Shown: positions 31,549 through 41,334 of the stretch, piece by piece
Layout: the number at the start of each line of letters is the position of its first letter
Numbering within the stretch: position 1 is the first letter of the stretch
DNA from: Gammaproteobacteria bacterium
GTDB lineage: Bacteria; Pseudomonadota; Gammaproteobacteria; Eutrophobiales; Eutrophobiaceae
NCBI GenBank assembly: GCA_947480335.1
Contig: CANKCB010000008.1
Span: forward strand, 10,741 to 74,740
DNA length: 64,000 nucleotides
Reading direction: 5' to 3'
Program-made: the position numbers and the translations under genes
The notes under the pieces: model-generated
The model's input: the letters and a program-made list of their open reading frames with translations, nothing else
Databases searched by the model: none
What the model was told of the DNA's origin: nothing

Positions 31549-33003
31549 ATGGATTTGAAAGATAAAAAACATACACGACGTGAATTCCTGATTAAGTCAG
31601 GCCAAACAGCAATGGGTGGACTGGCAGCACCGTGGTTAATCAATATGGCCGGCATGAGCGAAGCGGCCGCGTTCAGCGCTTCTGATTACAAGGCGCTGGT
31701 GTGTGTGTTCCTGTACGGTGGAAATGATTATGCCAATACGGTTGTCAATTTTGATAATACCACTTACGGAAAATATTTTGCGATTCGTGGAGCCTCATCA
31801 GTCTTCATCCAGCAATCCGCGTTGAAGGCTACAGAGCTTTTGCCGACGGTGCCTTTGGGCAATGGCGTAAAATATGCGCTACACCCGTCGATGACAGGAC
31901 TTGCCGGTTTGTTTAATAGTGGCAAGGCAGCTGTGCAATTAAATGTTGGCCCTTTGATAGTGCCCTTGACTCGCGCCCAATATAACCTGAACAACTTCAG
32001 GAACTTTCCATTACCTCCGAAGTTATTTTCCCATAACGATCAGGTATCGACATGGCAGTCATTTGCGACGGAAGGTGCAACTGTTGGTTGGGGTGGAAAG
32101 ATCGGTGATCTGGCAACAGGTAATAATTCAGATCCTTTGTTCACCTGCGTTAGCGTGACCGGTAATAATGTCTTCATGTCCGGCGTCTCAACCCCGCAAT
32201 ATAATCTGAGCAGCACGGGATCGGCGATTCTGGTCAACCCAGCCACTAGCACGTTTTTTGTGCAGCCCGAATTGCGAACAGCCTTTGTGACCATGCTGCA
32301 ACAGCAACGTACGCATCAGTTGGAAAATACCTATACCACCGTGACACGTCACAGCATGACTTCGGCCGCCATGATCAATACGGGCATTAATGCAGTTGCC
32401 ATGAAAACGGTGTTCCCTTCAAACAGTAACCTGGCGTCACAACTAAAAACGGTGGCGCAATTAATTGGTGCCCGTAATTCAATCGGAGCAAAACGTCAGG
32501 TGTTTATGGTGTCGCTCGGTGGTTTCGATCTGCATGATTATCTGGATACACGCCATGCTCCGTTGCTGCAGCAGTTGGACCAGGCGCTCACGGCCTTTTA
32601 TCAGGCTACAGTGGAGTTGGGAGTAGCCAATCAGGTAACGGCTTTTACCGCGTCTGACTTCGGGCGCACACTCAGTGTGAACGGTGACGGGTCGGATCAT
32701 GGCTGGGGCAGTCATCATCTGGTAGTCGGTGGCGCGGTGCAGGGCAAGGCGTTCTATGGCAAGGTCCCGCCGGTCAGTGTTGGTAACAGCACCACCTTGC
32801 CTGACGACCAATGGCATGTCGGTCAAGGTCGACTGTTGCCCAGTACTTCTGTGGATCAATTTGCGGCGACGCTGGCCAAATGGTACGGCGTGACGGATCC
32901 AGAGCTGCAATTACTGTTACCCAATATCAAGAACTTTGGTGTTGCCGGTGGCAGACCGGATTATCCCGTCAATCTGGGATTTCTTGGCGGCCCAATCATT
33001 TAA
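31549..33003 (+). CDS. DUF1501 family protein with Tat signal (sulfatase/alkaline-phosphatase-like fold)
   Basis: 484 aa. HTRREFLIKSGQTAMGGLAAPWL twin-arginine motif. Canonical DUF1800-DUF1501 pair, 9-bp spacing. Confidence 0.7.
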   Translation: MDLKDKKHTRREFLIKSGQTAMGGLAAPWLINMAGMSEAAAFSASDYKALVCVFLYGGNDYANTVVNFDNTTYGKYFAIRGASSVFIQQSALKATELLPTVPLGNGVKYALHPSMTGLAGLFNSGKAAVQLNVGPLIVPLTRAQYNLNNFRNFPLPPKLFSHNDQVSTWQSFATEGATVGWGGKIGDLATGNNSDPLFTCVSVTGNNVFMSGVSTPQYNLSSTGSAILVNPATSTFFVQPELRTAFVTMLQQQRTHQLENTYTTVTRHSMTSAAMINTGINAVAMKTVFPSNSNLASQLKTVAQLIGARNSIGAKRQVFMVSLGGFDLHDYLDTRHAPLLQQLDQALTAFYQATVELGVANQVTAFTASDFGRTLSVNGDGSDHGWGSHHLVVGGAVQGKAFYGKVPPVSVGNSTTLPDDQWHVGQGRLLPSTSVDQFAATLAKWYGVTDPELQLLLPNIKNFGVAGGRPDYPVNLGFLGGPII

Positions 33004-33017
33004 TTAAGTACTAATAA

Positions 33018-34523
33018 TCAGGGGGCCGTTGCCGGAGCCTGTCCGAAGTCCGGCATACTGTTCAGATCAATTCCCCATAACCAAGGTAACAGTACCAGTA
33101 CAAACACCGAGATCAGTATGATGGCGGTGATGTTTAGCCAGAATCCGGCCTTGATCATTTGTCCCATCGTGACATAACGGGTGGCGAATACAATTGCATT
33201 CGGTGGTGTGCCAACAGGCAACATGAACGCATACGAGGCGGCAAACGTGGTCGCGATCATCATGCCGTACGGATGCACCTGCATCGCGGTTGATAGAGCC
33301 ACCATGATCGGCATCATGATTGCGGCGGTGGCGGTATTCGAGGTCAGCTCGGACGCGAACACCACTATCGTGATAACCACAGGAATCACCAGAACAATGC
33401 TGGTGCCTTCCAGTACGGACAGCTTGCCGGCCAGATAGGTGGTCAGACCAGTATCGGTGAATCCCTGTGCCAGCGCAAAGCCACCGCCAAACAGCAGCAG
33501 CACGTCCCACGGTATCGTGACGGCAGTTTTCCAGTCGAGCAAGAATTCATTCTTTTTGAAATTGGATGGAATCAGGAACAGCAGTATCGCACCGCCCATC
33601 GCAATCGTGGTGTCGGTGACCATGCTCAGTGCCTCGATTTTAACAAACCCGCGCACGATCCAGAGGATTGCAACCGAGCTGAATACAGCAAAGATCCATT
33701 TTTCTTCCCGGCTCATGCGACCCAACTGGGCGATTTCCTGTGCAATGGTTTCGCGCCCGCCGGGCAGGGTGGGGAAGTTACTCGGGTAGAAAATCTTCAC
33801 CAGTGCAAACCAGGTCAGCAGCAGCATGATGGTGGCGATAGGCACGCCGATTTTCATCCATTCGACAAAGCTGATGTTGATGCCATAGGTTTTTTCGACC
33901 ATACCGGCAAACACCGCATTCGTTGGAGTGCCGACCAGTGTACCGGCGCCACCAATCGAGGCGGCATAAGCCACGCCCAGCATCAGGGCGATACCAAAAT
34001 TAAAATGGCCCGGACGGGTGTCGACCGTATTACCCTCACTGGCGGAGACAGTTTTGGCCACCTGGGTCAATACCGGCAGTGCAATCGTGACCATCATCAT
34101 GGCGGCGGCGGTATTGCTGATCCACATTGAAATGAACCCTGTCGCGATCATAAAGCCCAGTACGATACGATCCGGCGTCACGCCAACCAGCCGGATCGTA
34201 TGCAGGGCAATGCGCCGGTGCAGGTTCCACTTTTCCATCGTGACGGCGATCAGGAAGCCTCCCATATACAGGTATATGAGCTGGTCGGCATAGGAGAGCG
34301 TGGCCTTGGCGCCGGGCATGATGCCGAGCACCGGAAACAGGAACATGGGCAGCATCGAGGTTGCTGGAATCGGAACCGCTTCAGTGATCCACCAGACCGC
34401 CATTAGCGTGGCCACAGCGGCCAGATGTTTGGCTTCGACTGGCATTCCCTCCGGCGTGGGCATCATTACAATCAGGAAGAACAGCGCCAGGCCGATTATC
34501 AGGCCAATACCTTGTCGGGACAT
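33018..34523 (-). CDS. SLC13/DASS family anion:Na+ symporter
   Basis: 501 aa, polytopic, DASS-like N-terminus (AVATLMAVWWITEAVPIPATSMLP). Confidence 0.75.
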   Translation of the reverse strand: MSRQGIGLIIGLALFFLIVMMPTPEGMPVEAKHLAAVATLMAVWWITEAVPIPATSMLPMFLFPVLGIMPGAKATLSYADQLIYLYMGGFLIAVTMEKWNLHRRIALHTIRLVGVTPDRIVLGFMIATGFISMWISNTAAAMMMVTIALPVLTQVAKTVSASEGNTVDTRPGHFNFGIALMLGVAYAASIGGAGTLVGTPTNAVFAGMVEKTYGINISFVEWMKIGVPIATIMLLLTWFALVKIFYPSNFPTLPGGRETIAQEIAQLGRMSREEKWIFAVFSSVAILWIVRGFVKIEALSMVTDTTIAMGGAILLFLIPSNFKKNEFLLDWKTAVTIPWDVLLLFGGGFALAQGFTDTGLTTYLAGKLSVLEGTSIVLVIPVVITIVVFASELTSNTATAAIMMPIMVALSTAMQVHPYGMMIATTFAASYAFMLPVGTPPNAIVFATRYVTMGQMIKAGFWLNITAIILISVFVLVLLPWLWGIDLNSMPDFGQAPATAP

Positions 34524-34790
34524 TCCGGGTTCTCTGTGGTTGGTTTATTGTTCGGGGCAGCATGACAAATTCATCCGGTGAAATCAACGCTTGCCATAAT
34601 TGATGAAGTACCTTGATGCCGAACCCCGTGTACAGGTATTTATGTAACAGTTGATGAAAGGACCTGAATGGCCTTTTATATCATGTGATTAATAGAATAG
34701 AATGTTTCCAGAAGTTTACGCTCATCCAGCAGGGATTAAAGCCAGTAGGTAGGTTGTACACCTGCTGTACTCACAGGGGAAATTACCGGA

Positions 34791-35243
34791 ATGTCAGTTT
34801 TGAAGTATTTGCGTCATCCCGATCGGGTCTTCGCCCTCATTCTGATCGCGATATGTGCCGTGATGTATCTATTGACCGGCAAGATGGAAGAGCCCACTGA
34901 ACCCGGCGCAATTTCTGCTTCCACTTTCCCGTTATTGACGCTGCTGGGAATCGCGTTGATCTGTCTATTCATAATTATCAAGCCAGAGAAAGAAGATGTA
35001 CCGCCGCCTTCCTCGTGGAAAGGAATGCTTGTGGTTTTGTTGACAGCGATCTATATCGCGCTGATCGAACCCATCGGGTTTTTTATCGTCACGCCGATAT
35101 TTCTTTTTGTACAGCCGCTACTGGAAAATTTTCGTCGATTTAAATTACTGGGGATCAGTGTGGCACTGATTACCGTGAGTGTTTATCTGTTATTTGATTA
35201 TGTGCTGGCGATTCCGCTACCAACAGGCATTTTGGGAGACTAG
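34791..35243 (+). CDS. tctB: tripartite tricarboxylate transporter small subunit TctB
   Basis: 150 aa, 4 TM, immediately upstream of tctA. Confidence 0.65.
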   Translation: MSVLKYLRHPDRVFALILIAICAVMYLLTGKMEEPTEPGAISASTFPLLTLLGIALICLFIIIKPEKEDVPPPSSWKGMLVVLLTAIYIALIEPIGFFIVTPIFLFVQPLLENFRRFKLLGISVALITVSVYLLFDYVLAIPLPTGILGD

Positions 35244-35246
35244 CGC

Positions 35247-36731
35247 ATGCTGGATAATCTGATTCTTGGTTTTTCCACGATTGCGACCTTGCCCTGTACT
35301 GTCGCGATCATCGCCGGTGTGATTATCGGGATCATCTGTGGCGCACTGCCGGGGCTGAGTGCTTCGACGACTGTTGCACTGATGGTGCCGTTTACCTTTG
35401 GCATGGACCCGATCGTGGCGATTGTACTGCTGATATCGGTCTATCAAGGGTCCGAATACGGTGGATCCATTACCTCCATTGCTGTGGGCATGCCGGGTAA
35501 CCCGTCAGCAGCGGTAACGGTAATTGATGGTTATGAACTGACCAAACAGGGCAAGCCTGGGCTTGCGTTAATGATTTCATTAATCGGTTCAACCTTTGGT
35601 GGTATCGCTGGTGCGTTCGTACTGTTTGCCTTTGCCGAACCACTGGCGAACGTGGCCTTGTCATTTGGTGCGCCGGAATATTTTTCGCTGGCAGTATTCG
35701 GACTGGCCATCATCGCCAGTCTGGCCGGTGACAATTTGCTCAAAGGTTTTCTTGTTATGTTTATCGGTCTGTTTCTCAGTACGATAGGACTGGATGGCTT
35801 TACCGGTGAAGAGCGGTATGTGTTTGGTGTTGCCAAGATGATGGATGGCCTTGGGATAATTCCCTGTCTGATTGGTTTATTTGCGATGGCGACCGTATTT
35901 TCTGAAATTGAAAACAGTATGGATAGTGCGATTGAGCGCATCAAGGTAACGTTTGAGAAACCCGATATGAAAGTTGTGTTCGGATTGTGGAAAGTCTATC
36001 TGCATTCCTCCATTATCGGTTCGATAGTCGGAGTGCTTCCTGGCGCAGGGGCGACCATTGCCTCTTTTATTTGTTACAGCGAGGCCAGACGCGTTTCAAA
36101 GCACAAGGAACTGTTTGGCAAGGGCTCACTGGAAGGGGTGGCTGCGCCCGAGTGTGGGAACAATGCCGTAGTGGGTGCTTCGCTGATTCCACTGTTGACA
36201 CTGGGTATACCCAGTTCTGCCACCGCTTCCGTGTTGGTAGGTGCGCTGATGCTGCATAATATTCAACCTGGACCGTTGTTGTTCCAGACCAATGGCGACA
36301 TTGTCTATGGCATCTTTGCCGGTGTAGTGATGTCCAGTGTTGCGCAGCTGGTATTTGGGCTTATCGGGATACCGGTATGGGTCAAAGTCATTTCGGCACC
36401 GAAGCCGATATTACTGGCGGTCATTACTGTACTGTCTGTGATTGGTTCTTATGGATTTAACAACAGTATTGTTGATGTATGGATCATGCTGGGTTTTGGC
36501 GTGCTTGGATATGTGCTGACCAAAATCAATTTCCCGGTGACACCGATCGTTCTTGGCCTCGTGCTCGGTGGGATGATGGAGGAAAACTATCGCAGGGCAT
36601 TGATGGTTTCCGGCGGTGATCACTCTATATTTATTACTCACCCGATCAGTGCAGGACTGCTGATCGTGGCTGCATTATCGTTACTGAGTCCGTTGCTGTA
36701 CAAAAAAATTACAAAATCCACTACCACCTGA
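35247..36731 (+). CDS. tctA: tripartite tricarboxylate transporter large permease TctA
   Basis: 494 aa, many TM helices, TctA-type repeats (GALPGLSASTTVALMVPF..., GVLPGAGATIASFICY). Confidence 0.85.
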   Translation: MLDNLILGFSTIATLPCTVAIIAGVIIGIICGALPGLSASTTVALMVPFTFGMDPIVAIVLLISVYQGSEYGGSITSIAVGMPGNPSAAVTVIDGYELTKQGKPGLALMISLIGSTFGGIAGAFVLFAFAEPLANVALSFGAPEYFSLAVFGLAIIASLAGDNLLKGFLVMFIGLFLSTIGLDGFTGEERYVFGVAKMMDGLGIIPCLIGLFAMATVFSEIENSMDSAIERIKVTFEKPDMKVVFGLWKVYLHSSIIGSIVGVLPGAGATIASFICYSEARRVSKHKELFGKGSLEGVAAPECGNNAVVGASLIPLLTLGIPSSATASVLVGALMLHNIQPGPLLFQTNGDIVYGIFAGVVMSSVAQLVFGLIGIPVWVKVISAPKPILLAVITVLSVIGSYGFNNSIVDVWIMLGFGVLGYVLTKINFPVTPIVLGLVLGGMMEENYRRALMVSGGDHSIFITHPISAGLLIVAALSLLSPLLYKKITKSTTT

Positions 36732-36761
36732 TTATTAACATTACAAGCCAGAGATTACACC

Positions 36762-38201
36762 ATGTCCATTCAGCAGAACCAGTTTGCAGTCGTACCCGTC
36801 TCCAGTCGTATCACCGAACAGGCCGCCGCGTTTATTGAAGCGACGACATTTGAGTCCTTGCCTGCCGAGGCTATCGCTATTGGTAAGCGTTGTTTGCTCG
36901 ATGGACTTGGTTTGTTTGTTGCCGGTTCGGATCATGAAACCGCTGCGATGCTGGCTGAGCTCGCAGCAGAGCAGGGTGGTAAAGCCGAAGCACTTTTGCT
37001 AGGACATGGTCAGACTCGTGTGCCTGTGGCACTCGCGGCCAGAGTATTGGGAACAGCGGGTCATGCGCATGACTGGGATGATTCACAAGTGAGTAAGGAT
37101 CCGGATCATGTGTATGGTTTGCTCACACATCCAACCATACCGCCGTTAACCGCCTCACTGGTGATTGCCCAACAACTGGGTGGTATATCTGGCAAGCAAT
37201 TCATGCTGGCCTTTTTGACCGGCTTTGAAATTGAAGCGAAGATTTCGGAATGGATGTTCTCGCAACATTATAAACGTGGCTTCCATTCCAGTGGCACAGT
37301 AGGTACGTTTGGTGCATTTACGGCCGCAGCGAAACTGCTAGGTCTGAAAGGGGACAAATTGCGTAATGGTATCGGCATCGCTGCAAGCTTTGCTGCCGGT
37401 ATACGTTGCAACTTCGGCACGATGACCAAGCCCTTGCATGTCGGGCGTGCAGCGGAGAACGGTGTGACTGCTGCAATCATGGCGAACAAGGGTTATACCG
37501 CCGACAAGAATGCACTGGATGGACCGTGGGGTTATTTTGCCGTGCAGGGTGGTGGTGTGACCGAAGCCAAGCTGGCAAAAGAAGGTTTTGGCAAACCGTG
37601 GACGATAGTCGAGCCGGGTGTCAGTATCAAACCGTATCCGTGTGGTGTGTTGACGCATCCGACCATTGATCTGATGGTGAAGCTGGTGGTGGAAAACGAT
37701 ATCAAACCGGATGAGATTGAACAGGTGGTGATCAGTGCCGGTTCGAACATCCTTAATCCGATACGTTATCCGATCGCCAGTAACCATCTGGAAGCGAAAT
37801 TCTCATTACAGGCGGTGTTGTCGATGGTGGCGCTGAATCGTAAGGCAGGCAAGCTCGAATTTGAGGACGGTTTTGTACAAAGCGATGCAATGCAAAAAAT
37901 GCAGAAACGGATGCAGACCCGGTTTGATCCGGAAATTGAAGCGATGGGTTTTGACAAAATGCGTTCAAGCATCCATATTCAGTTGAAGAATGGCAAATCG
38001 GTGTCTGGCAAGGCAGATGAGCGTTATCGCGGCGGACCGGAGAACCCGATGACCGACCCGCAGCTGGCTGACAAGGTGCTGGCCTGCTGTGATGGGGTGC
38101 TCGACAAGGACCGGATTGCAAAACTGATCAAGGTGGGATCGTCGGTGCTGGAGATGAAGGATGCGTCCGAACTGGCGGTGTTGATACAAACGGGTAATTA
38201 A
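36762..38201 (+). CDS. MmgE/PrpD family protein (2-methylcitrate dehydratase / cis-aconitate decarboxylase / IDS-epimerase superfamily)
   Basis: 479 aa. PrpD-family sequence throughout (FIEATTFESLPAEAIAIGKRCLLDGLGL..., two-domain length). Confidence 0.8.
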   Translation: MSIQQNQFAVVPVSSRITEQAAAFIEATTFESLPAEAIAIGKRCLLDGLGLFVAGSDHETAAMLAELAAEQGGKAEALLLGHGQTRVPVALAARVLGTAGHAHDWDDSQVSKDPDHVYGLLTHPTIPPLTASLVIAQQLGGISGKQFMLAFLTGFEIEAKISEWMFSQHYKRGFHSSGTVGTFGAFTAAAKLLGLKGDKLRNGIGIAASFAAGIRCNFGTMTKPLHVGRAAENGVTAAIMANKGYTADKNALDGPWGYFAVQGGGVTEAKLAKEGFGKPWTIVEPGVSIKPYPCGVLTHPTIDLMVKLVVENDIKPDEIEQVVISAGSNILNPIRYPIASNHLEAKFSLQAVLSMVALNRKAGKLEFEDGFVQSDAMQKMQKRMQTRFDPEIEAMGFDKMRSSIHIQLKNGKSVSGKADERYRGGPENPMTDPQLADKVLACCDGVLDKDRIAKLIKVGSSVLEMKDASELAVLIQTGN

Positions 38202-38307
38202 CTTCACCCGTCATGCAGGATTTCACCAGAATGACGGCTCGAAGCGATTCTGGATCTTTAATATTTCCCTTAAACAGGGGTTAAGTGATTTACAACGGAG
38301 GGGTACG

Positions 38308-39225
38308 ATGAAAATGAAAACATTTCTGATCAGTATGATAGCGTTGCTTGGCATGAGTGTTACATCGGCACAAGCCGCCTGGCCCGAGAAGCCTATTACC
38401 CTGATCTGCTGGTCCAGCGCAGGTTCCAGTCATGATCTAATGGCACGTATCGTGGCCAAAGTCAGTGAGGAGTATCTCGGACAACCGATTGTGGTCGTCA
38501 ACAAGGAAGGTGGTTCTGGCAAGGTGGCGATGAGTTATGTGCTTTCCCAGAAACCGGATGGTTACACCATCATGAGCAATACCCGCAGTATGACCGAGCT
38601 GTTTCCGGACACTACCGGCAAACTGTCGATTGATGATTTCAAATACGTTGCCCGCATGGTTCGTGATCCGTTTGTAATTACGGTGCGTCAGGAAAGCCCG
38701 TTCAAGACGATCGATGATCTGATTGCCTTTGCCAAGGCAAATCCGGGCAAAGTGACGATAGGTGGGTTCAGTGTGAAGTCCGTTGACGAAGGTCTGGTCA
38801 AGGATTTTGAAAAAGCAGCCGGGATTAAACTGAATTATATTCCATACAAGGGTGGCAGCGAGCCAGTTGTGGCCGTGCTGGGTGGACACATCGACTCGGT
38901 TGTTTCCAATCCGGGTGAAGTCAATGCCAATTTCAAGGCGGGCAAGCTCAGGGTGTTGGCGCTGGCGACGGAAGAGCGATTTGCTCCATTTGAAGATGTG
39001 CCTACGCTGAAGGAAAAAGGCTTCCCCATTGTTACAGAACACTGGCGTGGTTTGATGGTGTCAAAAGATGTGCCAGATGAAATTGTGGCGAAACTGAATG
39101 CAGCTATGGTCAAGGTCATTGCGCATCCGGAATTTGCGCAGTTTCTGAAAAATACCAATATGTATGAAGGTTATATGCCCGGTGCAGAATTTGCCAAACT
39201 GGTGAAGGAACAGACTGCCAAGTAA
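38308..39225 (+). CDS. tctC: TctC/Bug family periplasmic solute-binding protein
   Basis: 305 aa. Signal peptide. WPEKPITLICWSSAGSSHD Bug-family N-terminal motif. Confidence 0.8.
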   Translation: MKMKTFLISMIALLGMSVTSAQAAWPEKPITLICWSSAGSSHDLMARIVAKVSEEYLGQPIVVVNKEGGSGKVAMSYVLSQKPDGYTIMSNTRSMTELFPDTTGKLSIDDFKYVARMVRDPFVITVRQESPFKTIDDLIAFAKANPGKVTIGGFSVKSVDEGLVKDFEKAAGIKLNYIPYKGGSEPVVAVLGGHIDSVVSNPGEVNANFKAGKLRVLALATEERFAPFEDVPTLKEKGFPIVTEHWRGLMVSKDVPDEIVAKLNAAMVKVIAHPEFAQFLKNTNMYEGYMPGAEFAKLVKEQTAK

Positions 39226-39322
39226 TATTGTTTACATTACCGAGCTTTTTGTATTTCAGTTCTATACTGAGGCAGTAATTTTTCGGTATTTATTCCGGGA
39301 TCATGAAGCTAGTTTTAAGTCT

Positions 39323-39350
39323 GTAGGGGCACAGCATGCTGTGCCCCTAC
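39323..39350. repeat. perfect 13-bp-arm palindrome (GTAGGGGCACAGC AT GCTGTGCCCCTAC) between convergent tctC and dehydrogenase genes
   Basis: Seen directly. Followed by two 11-bp direct repeats TCACTCCTCAC at 39359..39369 and 39391..39401. Confidence 0.6.
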
Positions 39351-39414
39351 AAAAACCTTCACTCCTCACGCTGAGGCGGTACAAACCCCCTCACTCCTCA
39401 CCCCTAACAAGAGA

Positions 39415-40548
39415 TCAATACCCCGCTTTCTTGTCGACCACATTCAGTAACTTGTCGCCAGTAACATAACGGCGCAGGTTTTCCTGCACCACCAGCCAGC
39501 GGCGCCAGCGTCCCTGATCCGTATTCGAGGCCATGTGCGGAGTAATAATAATGTTTGGCAATTTCCAGATTTCATGTTCAGGTGGCAGTGGTTCAGGATC
39601 GGTCACGTCCAGACTTGCCGCAGTGATACGACCATCCTTCAATGCGTCCATCAGATCCGTCGTGACGGTGCTTTCGCCACGTCCGAAGGAGATATAGAAC
39701 GCTCCTTTCTTTACGGTATCAAAAAACTGCTTGTTGAACAGGCCGCGTGTTTCATCTGTTAGTGGCAGTGCATTAACAACCACGTCTGCACGTTTTGACA
39801 GTTCCAGTAATTCATCTGACAGACCAACGTATTCGACAAAATCCGGGCCTTCATGGCTGGAATTGCGGGTGGCAATCACCTTCATACCCAGAGCATGGGC
39901 ACGACGGGCAACCTCCGTACCGATGCCACCTAATCCAGCAATTAACATGGTTTTTCCGGCAATTTCAATTACCGGAGTGGCTATATCTCCATCTATCCAT
40001 TCATGTTTTGCTTGTGCAGAATGGTAGACAAACAGACCGCGGGTCATCATCAGCATCATACCGATAACATGTTCCGCAATCGGTGGACCGGATGTGTGCT
40101 GGGCATTGGTCATGATGAAGTCGCGTTGTTTGACGACCGGATCCAGACATTCAGCCACACTGTGCGAGGAATGCTGGAACCAGTGCAGTTTCGGTGCTTT
40201 CGCCAGCACGTCCTTGTTGCAACGGCCTATCAGTACTTCCATATTATTAATGTCGTCCTCGCTGAGCTTGTTGCTAATCTGAACAATCTCAACCTCACCG
40301 ACCGCTTTTTTAGCTGATTCCAGCATCATCGGCAATTCATCTTTCGGGCCATAGGCCGAAAAATTGATGTAAATCTTTTCCGGTTTATGCCAGCCCGGCT
40401 GGTCGCGCAGCGCGGTGTCGGCTTCCTCAAGCGCGAGTTCGGCAATCAGTTCGGCGGGAGAACGATCCGGCATTTGTGCCCGCACCAGAAAGGTAGGCAT
40501 CATTAATACACAGATAAACAATACGAGTTTGGCTTGTAACTGTTTCAT
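39415..40548 (-). CDS. D-isomer-specific 2-hydroxyacid dehydrogenase family protein with N-terminal signal peptide / anchor
   Basis: Start chosen at MKQLQAKLVLFICVLMMPTFLVRAQ (378 aa). The ORF track starts 24 codons earlier. NAD-binding GLGGIGTEVARRAHALGMKV. Catalytic Arg/Glu/His (FGRGE, IITPHMAS). Confidence 0.75.
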   Translation of the reverse strand: MKQLQAKLVLFICVLMMPTFLVRAQMPDRSPAELIAELALEEADTALRDQPGWHKPEKIYINFSAYGPKDELPMMLESAKKAVGEVEIVQISNKLSEDDINNMEVLIGRCNKDVLAKAPKLHWFQHSSHSVAECLDPVVKQRDFIMTNAQHTSGPPIAEHVIGMMLMMTRGLFVYHSAQAKHEWIDGDIATPVIEIAGKTMLIAGLGGIGTEVARRAHALGMKVIATRNSSHEGPDFVEYVGLSDELLELSKRADVVVNALPLTDETRGLFNKQFFDTVKKGAFYISFGRGESTVTTDLMDALKDGRITAASLDVTDPEPLPPEHEIWKLPNIIITPHMASNTDQGRWRRWLVVQENLRRYVTGDKLLNVVDKKAGY

Positions 40549-40737
40549 GATTTTATATCCGGATTGGTTAGTGTTGTAGTAGGCAGTATTTTGATACCCA
40601 GACCTATAGTAAAGGATCATTTAATAGTCTGGCAATTTGCATAAGGCAAAATATAATTGCGTATGGTCGTATTTGCTTCATACGCTAAAAAAGCGAATAC
40701 TTAAGCAATCGAAGTTTCTAACAGGCAGGAGCACGCT

Positions 40738-41187
40738 ATGATTCTATGCAAAATCTACTCACAACTTGAACAGGTCGCGGTCAAATTACAGACCATTACC
40801 TGGGAGTTACTTCGAATCGTTTGTGGCGTGATGCTGGTATTCGGGCACGGTTACGGCAAGATGTTTGGTGAGAATGCCAAGCCGTTTTTCGGTGGTCTGG
40901 ATTTCTTTGGAATCAACCTTGGCATCAATATGCTTTGGGTGGCCGGGTTTATTGAATTTTATATTGGCATTCTGATCATACTGGGCCTGTTTACCCGCCC
41001 CGCCGCTTTATTAACAGCCACCTTGATGGTGATGGCCTATCTGACCGCCCATCGGGCCTGGTTTCCGACCCTGAACGGTGGAGAATTGGCCGTAGTCTAT
41101 TTTCTGATTTTTATGGCGATTTTTGCCTATGGCCCGGGGCCGTGGAGTCTGGATGCGAAGTTGTTTAAAAAACGGGGAAAGGAGTAA
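40738..41187 (+). CDS. DoxX family membrane protein
   Basis: 149 aa, 4 TM, DoxX-like. Confidence 0.7.
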   Translation: MILCKIYSQLEQVAVKLQTITWELLRIVCGVMLVFGHGYGKMFGENAKPFFGGLDFFGINLGINMLWVAGFIEFYIGILIILGLFTRPAALLTATLMVMAYLTAHRAWFPTLNGGELAVVYFLIFMAIFAYGPGPWSLDAKLFKKRGKE

Positions 41188-41334
41188 GAAAGGTCTTTAC
41201 ACATTAAGTGGTTAAATGTGCTGTTAATCGTTCATCCGCTTCGAGTCGGCTGATTCGCCAGACTTGCTTGAGGTAAGCAGCAGGTTCAGGTTACACTGAA
41301 TTTTATCCAGTAATCTGACCGGAGGGGTTCTGCA

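Noticed and set aside
33067-33510. 147-aa Cys/His/Arg-rich ORF on the minus strand within the SLC13 transporter gene
   Set aside because: Alternate frame of a well-supported membrane-protein CDS. Composition artefact.
37338-38121. Minus-strand ORFs (37338..37787, 37753..38121) inside the MmgE/PrpD gene
   Set aside because: Antisense to a strongly supported CDS. Compositionally biased translations.
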